From Candidatus Omnitrophota bacterium (lineage in GTDB: Bacteria > Omnitrophota > Gorgyraeia > JAHIPI01): a DNA stretch of 64,000 nt. Position 1 is the stretch's first letter. Every line of letters begins with the position of its first letter. Below the pieces are notes generated by a model. The model worked only from the letters and a program-made list of their open reading frames with translations. It made no database searches and was not told where the DNA came from. Made by a program: the position numbers and the translations under genes. The stretch is taken from contig JAZDNG010000029.1 of NCBI GenBank assembly GCA_043800065.1, forward strand, positions 2,837 through 66,836. The letters run 5' to 3'. Positions 48,569-58,491 of the stretch are shown piece after piece.

Positions 48569-49863
48569 AGACGTGCGCTTTTTATACATTAGGCTGCAAG
48601 GTCAATCAATACGAGACTCAAGCGATCCGCGAGAATTTTATAAAAGCCGGCTACAAAGAAAGAGATTTTAGCCGGTCATGCCATGTCTACGTAATAAACA
48701 CCTGCACAGTCACAGAAAAGACCGATAAAGAATCCCGCCGCCTCATGAGGAAGGCGCATCGGCAGAATCCCAGAGCAAAAATTGTCGTTACCGGCTGCTA
48801 TGCGGAGCTTGACCGCGCCGAAATAAACGCTATAGACGGAGTTTCCTTCATAATAAAGAACAAGGACAAAGATAAAATAGCGGATATTGTAGATTCGAAA
48901 AAAACTGCGCGACGCCTGCGGCCGACAGCAAAATATCCGGAGCCGGGCATCTCCGATTTTAAAGACAGATCAAAGGCATTTCTCAAGATTCAGGACGGCT
49001 GCAATAATCTTTGTTCATATTGCAAGGTACCGATTGTGAGGGGATATTCAAGGAGCCGGAATGAGGAGGCGGTAATAGCCGAAGCAAAGCGCCTTTTAAA
49101 AAAGGGATTTAAGGAAATAGTGCTCACCGGTATCTGCCTTGGCTCGTGGGGCGAGGAATATGTTCCGGAAAAATCTATAGAGGACCTGCTCAGGAAGCTT
49201 ACCGCCATAAAAGGTGATTTCAGAATACGCCTAAGTTCGATAGAACCTAAATATGCGAACAATGGGTTGCTTGGCGCAATAAAAAGATCGCCGAAGATAT
49301 GCAAGCATCTTCATATGCCGCTTCAAAGCGGTGATGATAAGATCCTTAAGATGATGAACCGCCCCTACACATTTCGCGAATACGCGAAGATAGCTCAAAA
49401 TGCCCGGCGCAAAGTACCAAGCATAGCCATAACTACCGATATATTGATAGGTTTTCCGTCCGAAGGCAGCAAGAATTTCCGGAACACCTGTAAGCTTATG
49501 GCGAGGATCAGGCCCTCGCGCATCCATATCTTTCCTTATAGCAGAAGAGAAGGAACCGCTGCCTCAAAATTGCAGGGAGAACTCCCCAAAAATGTTGTGG
49601 CTGGCAGGATAAAAGTTATGAAAGCCCTGGCCGAACAGTATTCTTACGAATTTCGAAAAAAATTTAAGGACAAGATAGTAAAGGTGCTGGTTGAGGCCGA
49701 AAGAGACAAGAAGACCGGATTTTTGAAGGGTTATGATGACCACTATATAAATGTCTTGATAAGCGGCACACTTGGCAAAAAGAACGAAAGATATATATCC
49801 AAAGTCATTCCGGTTAGGATACAAAAGGTAGATAAAGAGCTGACTCTTGCATCCCTCATATAA
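48565..49863 (+). CDS. mtaB: tRNA t6A37 methylthiotransferase
   Basis: 'TLGCKVNQYE', 'NTCTVT', 'QDGCNNLCSYC'; rsmE-mtaB order. Confidence 0.93.
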   Translation: MKTCAFYTLGCKVNQYETQAIRENFIKAGYKERDFSRSCHVYVINTCTVTEKTDKESRRLMRKAHRQNPRAKIVVTGCYAELDRAEINAIDGVSFIIKNKDKDKIADIVDSKKTARRLRPTAKYPEPGISDFKDRSKAFLKIQDGCNNLCSYCKVPIVRGYSRSRNEEAVIAEAKRLLKKGFKEIVLTGICLGSWGEEYVPEKSIEDLLRKLTAIKGDFRIRLSSIEPKYANNGLLGAIKRSPKICKHLHMPLQSGDDKILKMMNRPYTFREYAKIAQNARRKVPSIAITTDILIGFPSEGSKNFRNTCKLMARIRPSRIHIFPYSRREGTAASKLQGELPKNVVAGRIKVMKALAEQYSYEFRKKFKDKIVKVLVEAERDKKTGFLKGYDDHYINVLISGTLGKKNERYISKVIPVRIQKVDKELTLASLI

Positions 49864-49877
49864 TTTACCCCCATATC

Positions 49878-49906
49878 TTGACAGTGATATAATCCTGTGG
49901 TATACT
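49878..49906 (+). promoter_or_regulatory. Sigma70-type promoter
   Basis: TTGACA-17 nt-TATACT with extended TG. Confidence 0.65.
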
Positions 49907-49932
49907 TACTTACCTTAAAGTTTTTCACTTAT

Positions 49933-49962
49933 CCGTAGGGGGCGTTTAAACGTCCCCTACGG
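49933..49962. repeat. GTAG-family REP-like palindrome
   Basis: CCGTAGGGGGCGTTTAAACGTCCCCTACGG; related to 60761-60786. Confidence 0.65.
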
Positions 49963-49987
49963 CTGCATAAAAAGGGGGGTATAATTT

Positions 49988-50605
49988 TTGGAGTGGGTAA
50001 GTAAAGTAAATTGGGTAGACGTTTTATTCCTAATTATAATATTAAGAAGTATTTACGTTGGCTCGCAAAGAGGTTTTTTTGCTGAGCTTTTTAATATATT
50101 AGGGATGGGAATAGCTATAGTTTTAAGTATACATTTTTATTCCCGGATAGCCGCCTTCATAACGAAATACCTTTATATCCCTCCCAACATATCAAATATC
50201 ATATCGTTTTTGGCCGTGGCATTTCTGGCCCATCTGTTATTTCAGTTTGCAACCGGACTTATCAAAAAGGTTGTAAAGGTAGAAATATTTCCCAATTTTA
50301 ACAAATGGATCAATGTCTTCGGCGGTCCTATTATAGGATTTTGCAAGGGAATGACGGTGTCTCTTTTTATATTTCTAGTGCTGCTTCTTATTCCCGTTAG
50401 TTATGTCGTAAATTCAGCCAAGGATGGTTCGTTGTCGGGGCAGTTCTTTGCGCGTTCAGCCAGGACCCTGTACGAAAAGACAATCGGCATAATTCCTTCC
50501 ACTCAACCGGTGGATATTACTCCGCTTCTAGCAGGCGCAGAACCTCTGAAATTTAAGATGTTCCAGCCGAAGACAAGCGATAAACTTGACGAAGTTATAA
50601 ATTAA
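49988..50605 (+). CDS. cvpA: CvpA family (colicin V production) membrane protein
   Basis: 'NWVD', 'G..RGF..E', hydrophobic pattern, 'GG..G..KG'. Confidence 0.8.
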   Translation: MEWVSKVNWVDVLFLIIILRSIYVGSQRGFFAELFNILGMGIAIVLSIHFYSRIAAFITKYLYIPPNISNIISFLAVAFLAHLLFQFATGLIKKVVKVEIFPNFNKWINVFGGPIIGFCKGMTVSLFIFLVLLLIPVSYVVNSAKDGSLSGQFFARSARTLYEKTIGIIPSTQPVDITPLLAGAEPLKFKMFQPKTSDKLDEVIN

Positions 50606-50614
50606 GTGTAAAAC

Positions 50615-50701
50615 GGTAGTCCCTCGACGCGCTCGCTCGTGCGAAACGCGGGCTCGCTCGCTCGGGACAAATTTTTGCACGCAAAAATTTGGAGACATTT
50701 T
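50615..50701 (+). repeat. Structured repeat, copy 2, ending at an RBS
   Basis: Near-identical to 45026-45111. Confidence 0.8.
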
Positions 50702-51664
50702 ATGAAATTTAAAGATATTTACGAATTTGTTGTTAAAAGAGGCATCGCGAAAGACCCGCGCCAAAAAGCGGATATTAAAAAGACGCTCGCGGACGCGAGG
50801 AAGGAATATAATAAATTATCAGCCGCAAGAAAATCGGCATTTGACAAAGAGAGGGTGAGGCATCCCTACGATGACACGAGGATGCTCTATGGCGATCCTG
50901 CCGCCGAGATAGAGACGATAATGGTCGGTATAGATATGGAAGTGGGCGAGCTATTGGTAGCAGACAGGCTGAGAGAAAAAGGTATCGGCATAGACCTTGT
51001 TATGGCCCATCATCCGGAAGGAAAGGCCCTTGCCGGGTTTTATCATGTCATGAGCATGCAGGCCGATATATTGAAAAAACTCGGGATTACATATTCCATA
51101 GGCAAGGAATTGCTGGATGAGCGTATGGCGGAGGTAGCCAGAAGCATATCCGCGGTAAATCACACAAGGAGCGTAGACGTGGCGCAGCTCTTGGACATTA
51201 ATTACATGTGCGTTCATACGCCTGCCGATAATCATGTTACGGATTATTTGCAGAGGTTATTTGATAGTAGAAAACCCAAGACTTTGAAAGACGTTATAAG
51301 CATACTGGATACCGTGCCCGAATATCGCGATGCGTCAAAAAATAACGCGGGCGCTTTTATAATGATAGGCAAGGAAAAAGACAAGGCCGGCAAGATCGTC
51401 GTCGATATGACAGGCGGTACCGAGGGCTCGAAGAGAATCTTTCCCAGGCTTTCCCAGGCGGGCGTCGGTACGCTGATAGGCATGCATTTCAGCGAGGGGC
51501 ATTTCAAAGCGGCGAAGAGCGAGCATATAAATATAGTAGTCGCCGGCCACATATCGAGCGACACTCTCGGGTTGAATCTTCTCTTGGATTCGCTCTCGGA
51601 AAAAGACGATTTTAAAATTATACCTTGTTCGGGTTTTGTACGGGTTGACAGGCGAAAGAAATAA
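50702..51664 (+). CDS. NIF3 (NGG1p-interacting factor 3)-like protein
   Basis: 'GID', 'AHHPEG', 'HTPADN', 'AGHISSD..G.N'; ATG 50702 after GGAG. Confidence 0.8.
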   Translation: MKFKDIYEFVVKRGIAKDPRQKADIKKTLADARKEYNKLSAARKSAFDKERVRHPYDDTRMLYGDPAAEIETIMVGIDMEVGELLVADRLREKGIGIDLVMAHHPEGKALAGFYHVMSMQADILKKLGITYSIGKELLDERMAEVARSISAVNHTRSVDVAQLLDINYMCVHTPADNHVTDYLQRLFDSRKPKTLKDVISILDTVPEYRDASKNNAGAFIMIGKEKDKAGKIVVDMTGGTEGSKRIFPRLSQAGVGTLIGMHFSEGHFKAAKSEHINIVVAGHISSDTLGLNLLLDSLSEKDDFKIIPCSGFVRVDRRKK

Positions 51665-51730
51665 CCCTTCGACGCGTTCCGCCTTCGGCGGGACTTGCTC
51701 AGGGTGTATGCTGAGCGAAGTCGAAGCATA
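51664..51730. repeat. CCCTTCGAC...GCTCAGGG / CTGAGC...GTCGAAG paired palindromic repeat
   Basis: ACCCTTCGAC-[TTCCGCCTTCGGCGGGA]-TTGCTCAGGGT followed by TATGCTGAGCGAAGTCGAAGCATA. Confidence 0.7.
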
Positions 51731-51739
51731 AACTAAAAG

Positions 51740-53536
51740 ATGGCTCATATACCGGATAACATATTAGACCAGATACTCGACAGGTGCAATATAGCCGAAG
51801 TTATATCCGGCTATATTCCTTTAAAGCGGGCGGGAAGGAATTTTAGGGCACTCTGTCCGTTCCATCACGAAAAGACCCCATCCTTCATGGTCAATCCCGA
51901 CAAGGGCATATATCACTGCTTCGGGTGCGGTGCCGGCGGAAACGCATTCAGTTTCGTTATGAAATATGAACGCCTTGAATTCCCGGAAGCGGCCAGGATG
52001 CTGGCGAAAAAGGCCGGCGTACCTATTCCGGAGTATACAAAAGACGACTCGGGAAAAGACACCTCTCTGATAAACGGTATCTATAAAGCGCACGAGTTAG
52101 CGGCGGAATATTTCCGAGGCGTACTTACATCCCTCGAGGCAAAGGGAGTGAAGGAATATCTTGTAAAGAGGGGGATCAAGAGCGAGATGGTCAATAAGTT
52201 CCGTATAGGGTTTGCGCCTGATTCGTGGGATGGCCTTCTGGGATATTTGACCAAGCGCGACATGGCCAAGGAGATAATAGAAAAATCCGGACTGATTATC
52301 TCGAAACAGGACGGCGGCGGTTATTATGACCGCTTTAGAAAACGGCTGATGTTTCCAATATTCGACCAGAAGGACAAGGTTATTGCTTTTGGAGGCAGAG
52401 TGCTTGACGATACGCTGCCAAAATACATGAATTCGCCGGAGACGCTGATATATAATAAAAGCAAGACGCTCTTCGGGCTTAATTTTACCAAACGGCATAT
52501 AGGCGAAAAAGACGCAGCCGTCATCGTAGAAGGGTACACGGACCTCATAATCCCTTACCAAAATGGTGTCAACAATCTCATAGCATCCTGCGGCACATCG
52601 CTTACAGTAGACCATATACGCCTTATACGCCGCCATAGCCGCAACATAATAATGGTTTATGATTCGGACAAGGCCGGCGAAACAGCGACTTTAAGGAACC
52701 TTGATACGCTCCTTTCAGAGGATATGGACGTCAAGATCGCGGAGATGCCCAAGGGGTGCGACCCGGATAGTTTTACGAGAAAAAATGGCGCTGCCGCGTT
52801 TGAGAAAATACTCGCAAATCCTACGGGCCTTTTTGAATATAAACTGAATCGCCTGCTTTTGCGACACAAGCCGGATACAATAGAAGTAAAGGTGAAGGTT
52901 GCAGGTGAGATGCTAGTGACGATTTCAAAGGTGAACAATGCGGTCCTCCGTTCTGCCTATATCAAAAGATTGGCAGAGCTGCTTGGTCTTGACGAAAATA
53001 GCCTAAGATCCGAACTTGCGAAACCCAAGAAGGATTACGCCGCATCCTATTCCAGGGAGGCGTATATATCGGCCGCAAAGGCCGATATCAGTACCTTAAG
53101 CCCGGCCGATAAGACGCTCATAGGCCTTATGGTGGAGGATAATACCATTATACCGGCGGTAAAAGAGAAGCTTTGCGTTGCCGAATTCGGATGCGGAGCC
53201 GCTCAAAAAATCGCGGAAAATATATTTAAGATACACGATGAGAAAAAATCCGTAAGCTATGCCTGCCTGATAAGCCACCTGGAAATAGACGGCGCGGGCG
53301 AGCTTTTGTCGGATATCGCATCCATGCAGGAAAGCCTTAGCGACAAGAAAAAGAACCTGGATGACTGTATAAAGTGGCTTAAGAAAAACAACGCAAAGAG
53401 GGATCTCGAGGATATGCAGCGAAAGATAAAGGCAGCTCAAGATACGGGCGAACACGGAAAGGTCGCGGACCTGGTTGCGAGGTATAGCAAGCTTATGAAG
53501 GAATCAATGCGTTATCATGATAAAGGGGTAAGATGA
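51740..53536 (+). CDS. dnaG: DNA primase
   Basis: '[11 protein letters not shown]', 'CFGC', 'KYMNSPET', 'VEGY.D', 'YDSD.AG', 'DPD'. Confidence 0.97.
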   Translation: MAHIPDNILDQILDRCNIAEVISGYIPLKRAGRNFRALCPFHHEKTPSFMVNPDKGIYHCFGCGAGGNAFSFVMKYERLEFPEAARMLAKKAGVPIPEYTKDDSGKDTSLINGIYKAHELAAEYFRGVLTSLEAKGVKEYLVKRGIKSEMVNKFRIGFAPDSWDGLLGYLTKRDMAKEIIEKSGLIISKQDGGGYYDRFRKRLMFPIFDQKDKVIAFGGRVLDDTLPKYMNSPETLIYNKSKTLFGLNFTKRHIGEKDAAVIVEGYTDLIIPYQNGVNNLIASCGTSLTVDHIRLIRRHSRNIIMVYDSDKAGETATLRNLDTLLSEDMDVKIAEMPKGCDPDSFTRKNGAAAFEKILANPTGLFEYKLNRLLLRHKPDTIEVKVKVAGEMLVTISKVNNAVLRSAYIKRLAELLGLDENSLRSELAKPKKDYAASYSREAYISAAKADISTLSPADKTLIGLMVEDNTIIPAVKEKLCVAEFGCGAAQKIAENIFKIHDEKKSVSYACLISHLEIDGAGELLSDIASMQESLSDKKKNLDDCIKWLKKNNAKRDLEDMQRKIKAAQDTGEHGKVADLVARYSKLMKESMRYHDKGVR

Positions 53537-55227
53537 AAAAAAAGATAAAGAGAAAACGCGCGGTGCGCCGCATTAAAAAGAAGATGCAGCCGAAAAAAAA
53601 GGCCGCAAAGAAAAAAGAAGCCCCTGTCCCTCGCGCCAAAACAAAGGGCGAGACGAAGCGCCCGCGCGGCCGGACAAAAGATTTCGATAAGGAGATGCAG
53701 AGGCTTATTGATGCGGGAAAAGAAAAGGGCTACCTTACATATGACGAAATAAACGCGATACTCCCCGAAGACGTATTTTCTCCGGAGCAGATAGACAACA
53801 TGTTTGTAAAACTGCATGATGAGAACATAAAGGTCGTGGATAGCGAAGAAGATGTGTCCGAAGAAGAAAGCCGAGACGAAGAGAAGGCCACCGAAGAAAA
53901 GGCCGAATCGGAGGCCGTAGCCGAAGAAGAGAGGATGTCCCATATGGGGGATCCTGTCAGGATGTACCTGAGGCAGATGGGCCAGATACCTCTTCTTACA
54001 AGAGAAGAGGAAATAAAACTTGCAAAAGAGATAGAAGTAACCGAAGAGAGCTTCAGAAAAAGCGTTCTTGATACAAAAATAGCAAAAGAGGCGGCGCTGG
54101 AACTCATAAAAGAAGTAAAGGCGGAAAAGATCAATTTTGAAGACGTGATGAACATAGATATAAAATCACGCAAGGGAAACCTCTTGAAGCGTCTTGCGGC
54201 GGTGGAGAGACGGCTTAAGAATACAGAGAGAAGCCGGTCTATCCTTGGAGCGATACTTGAGTTGAAGCTTGTTGGTTCTGTTGTTGAGGAGATATCAAAA
54301 AAAGTAAAAGAGGCTTTTAATGAGTTCGAGAAGATAGTAAAAGGTATAAGCAGGGTAAAGAACGGGCGAAAGCGCAAAGAATCGGATCGGCTTAAGAGAA
54401 AACGCCGGACGCTGGAATCAAGGCTGGGGCTTAAGTTCGACCAGCTTAAAGAGAAGATAAAGACAATAAAGCTGGAAGAGGCAAAATTCAACAAGGCAAA
54501 GAAATCGTTAGTAGCGGCCAACCTCCGCCTTGTGGTAAGTATAGCCAAAAAATACACTAATCGCGGCCTGTCATTCCTTGACCTTATCCAGGAAGGCAAT
54601 ATAGGGCTGATGAAGGCGGTGGACAAATTTGAATATAAAAGAGGATACAAATTCAGCACCTATGCCACATGGTGGATACGCCAGGCGATAACGCGTTCTA
54701 TAGCGGATCAATCCAGGACCATAAGAATACCTGTTCATATGACAGAGACAATAAATAAACTGATAAGGACTTCCCGGCTTTTGGTGCAAGAGAACGGCAA
54801 AGAGCCCACACCCGAAGAGATAGGGCACGAGATGAGGATGTCGGTAGAGAAGGTGCGCGGTATTTTAAAGATAGCGCAGGAACCGATTTCTTTGCAGACG
54901 CCCATAGGCGACGAAGGCGATACTAAATTCGGCGATTTCATAGAGGATAAGCAGGCAGTCTCTCCGGCGAGCGCGACCGCTTACTCAATGCTTAAAGAAC
55001 AGATGGGCGACGTCCTCGCCACATTGACCGAGCGCGAAAAGAAGGTGCTGCGGCTCAGATTTGGAATAGGCGACGGATATCCGAGGACGCTTGAAGAGGT
55101 GGGCAATATATTTAAAGTAACACGCGAAAGAGTGAGACAGATAGAAGCAAAGGCGCTGAGAAAATTGAGGCATCCTACCAGGAGCAGGCGCCTTAGAAAC
55201 TTTTTGGCATTAGGCATGGGCGAATAA
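53533..55227 (+). CDS. rpoD: Primary RNA polymerase sigma factor
   Basis: Region 1.1, 'DPVRMYL', '[11 protein letters not shown]', '[12 protein letters not shown]', 'TRERVRQIE'. Confidence 0.97.
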   Translation: MKKKIKRKRAVRRIKKKMQPKKKAAKKKEAPVPRAKTKGETKRPRGRTKDFDKEMQRLIDAGKEKGYLTYDEINAILPEDVFSPEQIDNMFVKLHDENIKVVDSEEDVSEEESRDEEKATEEKAESEAVAEEERMSHMGDPVRMYLRQMGQIPLLTREEEIKLAKEIEVTEESFRKSVLDTKIAKEAALELIKEVKAEKINFEDVMNIDIKSRKGNLLKRLAAVERRLKNTERSRSILGAILELKLVGSVVEEISKKVKEAFNEFEKIVKGISRVKNGRKRKESDRLKRKRRTLESRLGLKFDQLKEKIKTIKLEEAKFNKAKKSLVAANLRLVVSIAKKYTNRGLSFLDLIQEGNIGLMKAVDKFEYKRGYKFSTYATWWIRQAITRSIADQSRTIRIPVHMTETINKLIRTSRLLVQENGKEPTPEEIGHEMRMSVEKVRGILKIAQEPISLQTPIGDEGDTKFGDFIEDKQAVSPASATAYSMLKEQMGDVLATLTEREKKVLRLRFGIGDGYPRTLEEVGNIFKVTRERVRQIEAKALRKLRHPTRSRRLRNFLALGMGE

Positions 55228-55246
55228 TTACTTAAAAGGAGTTATC

Positions 55247-57460
55247 ATGAACAAGTCTTTACAGTGGAAAATAATCGGAATAGTGGCTATTGTACTCTTT
55301 TCCTTATGGCTTATATGGCCGCCGCTTGCACTTAAGGATAAAGACGGCAATATACTTGAAAAAGGCAAGATAAATCTAGGCCTTGACCTCCAGGGAGGCA
55401 TGCATGTCGTCCTCAGAGTGGACGCGTCCAAGCTTTCGGCCGAAGCAAAGAAAGATGCGCTGGACAGGGCCATAGAAGTAATACGCAATAGAATTGACCA
55501 ATTCGGCGTAGGCGAGATGAGTATCCAGAAACAGGGCAAGGACCGCATAATAGTGCAGCTTCCGGGTATTACCGATAGAGACAGGGCCCTTGAGCTTATC
55601 GGCAAAACCGCCCACTTGGAATTCAAGCTCGTTTCGGACAATCAGGAAGATATAAAAAGGGCAGTTAATAACGAAGAAGTCCCCGGCTATGAATTGAAGT
55701 ATCTTGATAAAGGCCAGGGCGGCCGCGAGCCGCTTCTTATAGCGAAAAATGCCTCGTTTACGGGTGATTTACTGGTGGACGCGAGAACTGAATTCAGTTC
55801 AAAAGGTTTCGGTGAGCCTTACGTATCGATCCGTTTAAATAACAAAGGCGCCGATATATTCGCCGGCGTTACAGCGGCTAATATCGGGAAAAGGCTTGCG
55901 ATAGTGCTGGATGGAGAAATCCGCTCAGCGCCCATGATACGCGAGACGATTCCTTCAGGGCAGGCGCAGATAACGGGTAGTTTTTCCGCCGATGAGGCAA
56001 ACGATCTGGCAGTCGTGCTTCGGGCCGGCGCGCTGCCGGCGCCGGTTATAGTGGAGGAGGAAAGGACAGTCGGCCCGCTTCTCGGCGCGGATTCCATAAA
56101 AAGCGGTGTAAGAGCGACGCTTATAGGCGCTTTACTTGTATTTTTATTTATGATCTTCTACTACCGCCTGGCAGGCGTAGTGGCGGACATAGCGCTCGGC
56201 ATGAACCTTCTTTTTATATTGGCGTGCCTTTCGCTTTTTCACGGTACGCTTACTTTGCCGGGCATAGCGGGTTTGATACTGACCATCGGCATGTCGGTAG
56301 ACGCCAATATTCTAATATACGAAAGGATAAGAGAGGAATTGAATGCCGGCAAAGGCATCAAGTCGGCCATTGCTACCGGTTATAACCGGGCATTTTCCGC
56401 AATACTCGATTCAAACCTTACAACGATAGTCGCGGCGGCGCTCATATTTAAATTCGGCACGGGGCCTGTACGCGGCTTTGCCGTTACATTGACCATCGGT
56501 CTTCTGGCGAACCTCTTTACGGCCATAACTTGCACAAGGGCAATCTTTGAATTGCTTTATGAACAGTTTGGCCTTGTAAAGCTTACCATGATGCAATTTT
56601 TCCATAAAACCAATATAGATTTTATAAGTAAGCGCAGGATCTGCTACACGATCTCGGCCGTAATAATAATAGCGGGGCTCGTTACCTTCTTTGCGCGCGG
56701 AGAAAAGAACTTCGGCGTAGATTTCACGGGCGGCACGCTTGAACAGCTCATGTTCCAAAAACCGGTCAAGGTAGACGAGATCAGAAGCGCGCTCAAGGAA
56801 ATAGGATCCGGCAGTGCGTCTATCCAGCAATACGGCAATCCAAAAGAGGTTATAATAAGGACACCCAATGACATCTCCAAGAATATCTCCGATGTATTTA
56901 AGCAGAGATTCAGCGACAATCCGTATCAGGTCATGAAAATAGAAACCGTAGGGCCGGCAGTCGGCAAGAACCTGAGGCAAAATGCGACTATGAGTTTAAT
57001 TTTGGGGATTATGGGCATCCTCGTTTACATAATGTTCAGGTTCAGCCTTAAGTACGGCATCGCAGGCGTGGTGGCGCTTTTTCATGACGTTCTCATAGCG
57101 GTAGGCGCTCTTGCCCTGACCCGCAGGGAGTTTGACCTTACGATAGTGGCGGCGCTCTTAACGATAGCCGGTTATTCTATAAACGACACCATAGTCATCT
57201 TTGACAGAATCAGGGAAAACATGCGGCTTGTCAGAAAGGCCAATTTCACAGAAATAGTCAATATGAGCATCAATCAGACGCTTTCAAGGACCATACTTAC
57301 TACGGCAGTGACGATGCTTGTTGTTATTGCTTTGCTGTTCTGGGGAGGGGAAGTGCTGAACGGTTTTGCGTTCTGCCTTTTTGTCGGGATGATATCGGGT
57401 GTTTACTCGACTATTTTTATCGCGAGCCCTCTAATAATATCGTGGCGCAAGTCCCGGTAG
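55247..57460 (+). CDS. secDF: Fused protein translocase subunit SecDF
   Basis: 'LGLDLQGG', 'GMSVDAN', 'GVDFTGG', 'GYSINDT'. Confidence 0.95.
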   Translation: MNKSLQWKIIGIVAIVLFSLWLIWPPLALKDKDGNILEKGKINLGLDLQGGMHVVLRVDASKLSAEAKKDALDRAIEVIRNRIDQFGVGEMSIQKQGKDRIIVQLPGITDRDRALELIGKTAHLEFKLVSDNQEDIKRAVNNEEVPGYELKYLDKGQGGREPLLIAKNASFTGDLLVDARTEFSSKGFGEPYVSIRLNNKGADIFAGVTAANIGKRLAIVLDGEIRSAPMIRETIPSGQAQITGSFSADEANDLAVVLRAGALPAPVIVEEERTVGPLLGADSIKSGVRATLIGALLVFLFMIFYYRLAGVVADIALGMNLLFILACLSLFHGTLTLPGIAGLILTIGMSVDANILIYERIREELNAGKGIKSAIATGYNRAFSAILDSNLTTIVAAALIFKFGTGPVRGFAVTLTIGLLANLFTAITCTRAIFELLYEQFGLVKLTMMQFFHKTNIDFISKRRICYTISAVIIIAGLVTFFARGEKNFGVDFTGGTLEQLMFQKPVKVDEIRSALKEIGSGSASIQQYGNPKEVIIRTPNDISKNISDVFKQRFSDNPYQVMKIETVGPAVGKNLRQNATMSLILGIMGILVYIMFRFSLKYGIAGVVALFHDVLIAVGALALTRREFDLTIVAALLTIAGYSINDTIVIFDRIRENMRLVRKANFTEIVNMSINQTLSRTILTTAVTMLVVIALLFWGGEVLNGFAFCLFVGMISGVYSTIFIASPLIISWRKSR

Positions 57461-57510
57461 ACTGAAAGTCTAAGCGGGATAAACACGGATCTACAAAATA
57501 AGGCGAATAA

Positions 57511-58404
57511 ATGTCTCACCAGATAGGGTACGAAAAAGGCGAGAAGGGGTCTTTTGTAAGCGCCCTGACTAACGGCATTCTTTTTATATTCAAGATGTTT
57601 GCCGGCATAGTCGGGAATTCCAATGCTATGATAGCGGATGCCTTGGATACGCTGGGCGACGTAATGACTTCGACCGGCATGATAGTCGGCTTTAAAATCG
57701 CAAAACAACCGCCCGACGCCCATCATCCGTACGGCCATGGCCGCGCCGAATCCATAATAGCGAAACTCCTCGCGATATTTCTGATTTTACTCGGGATTAA
57801 AGTGGCTTGCAACTCGCTTTCTGCTATATATGAGGCCATTGAGCACGGCAGGACATACGTGCCTCAACAAATCGCGATGATCGCGGCCATCGTTTCTATC
57901 GTCGTGAAGCTGGGGCTCTTCCAGTATCTGACTATCCTGAACAGGACATTATCCAGCACGAGCATTGCCGTCTATTCGTGGAATATCGCCTCCGACGTCT
58001 TTTCATCCATCGTAGCGCTTATCGGCATAGCCGGAGCGCGGCTCGGTATGCCGCTTTTAGACCCGATCGCGGCGCTCATACTATCTGCTTTAATAATAAG
58101 GATAGGGGTGGAGGCATTTCACAGGGCATATGATGAGCTTATGGATGCCGCGCCCTCCAAAGAAATTATGAATGCCATAAGGAGGACAACCCTTCTTAAT
58201 AAAAACGTAAGAGCGATCAAGGATGTAAAAGTCCGGAAGATGGGCCTTGAGCTTATCATAGACATGACTATAGATCTAGACAAGAGTATTTCTATCGAAA
58301 AAGGCCACGCAATAACCGACCAGGTCACTAAAGATATCCTAAATAAGATCCCCGCGGCAAAGGAAGTTTTTATCCACGTAGAACCTTTCAAGGGAAAGAG
58401 ATAA
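57511..58404 (+). CDS. Cation diffusion facilitator family transporter
   Basis: 'IADA...D', 'PPD..HPYGHGRAE', 'D..SS', 'IHVEP'. Confidence 0.92.
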   Translation: MSHQIGYEKGEKGSFVSALTNGILFIFKMFAGIVGNSNAMIADALDTLGDVMTSTGMIVGFKIAKQPPDAHHPYGHGRAESIIAKLLAIFLILLGIKVACNSLSAIYEAIEHGRTYVPQQIAMIAAIVSIVVKLGLFQYLTILNRTLSSTSIAVYSWNIASDVFSSIVALIGIAGARLGMPLLDPIAALILSALIIRIGVEAFHRAYDELMDAAPSKEIMNAIRRTTLLNKNVRAIKDVKVRKMGLELIIDMTIDLDKSISIEKGHAITDQVTKDILNKIPAAKEVFIHVEPFKGKR

Positions 58405-58491
58405 GATTCCGGCTGTTAATTGCTGCGTAAGACCCACAAAAATATCTTGGGGTTTCTTACTTTTCAAGATGTAATTGGTAAAAGGGCATAA

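Noticed and set aside
45070-50701. Upstream-extended starts in the ORF track (45070, 46071, 50639)
   Set aside because: The extensions translate repeat DNA; better starts are at 45112, 46203 and 50702
29889-56980. Long antisense ORFs (e.g. 32327-33250, 41383-42111, 53730-54659)
   Set aside because: Shadows of well-conserved + strand genes with no recognisable motifs
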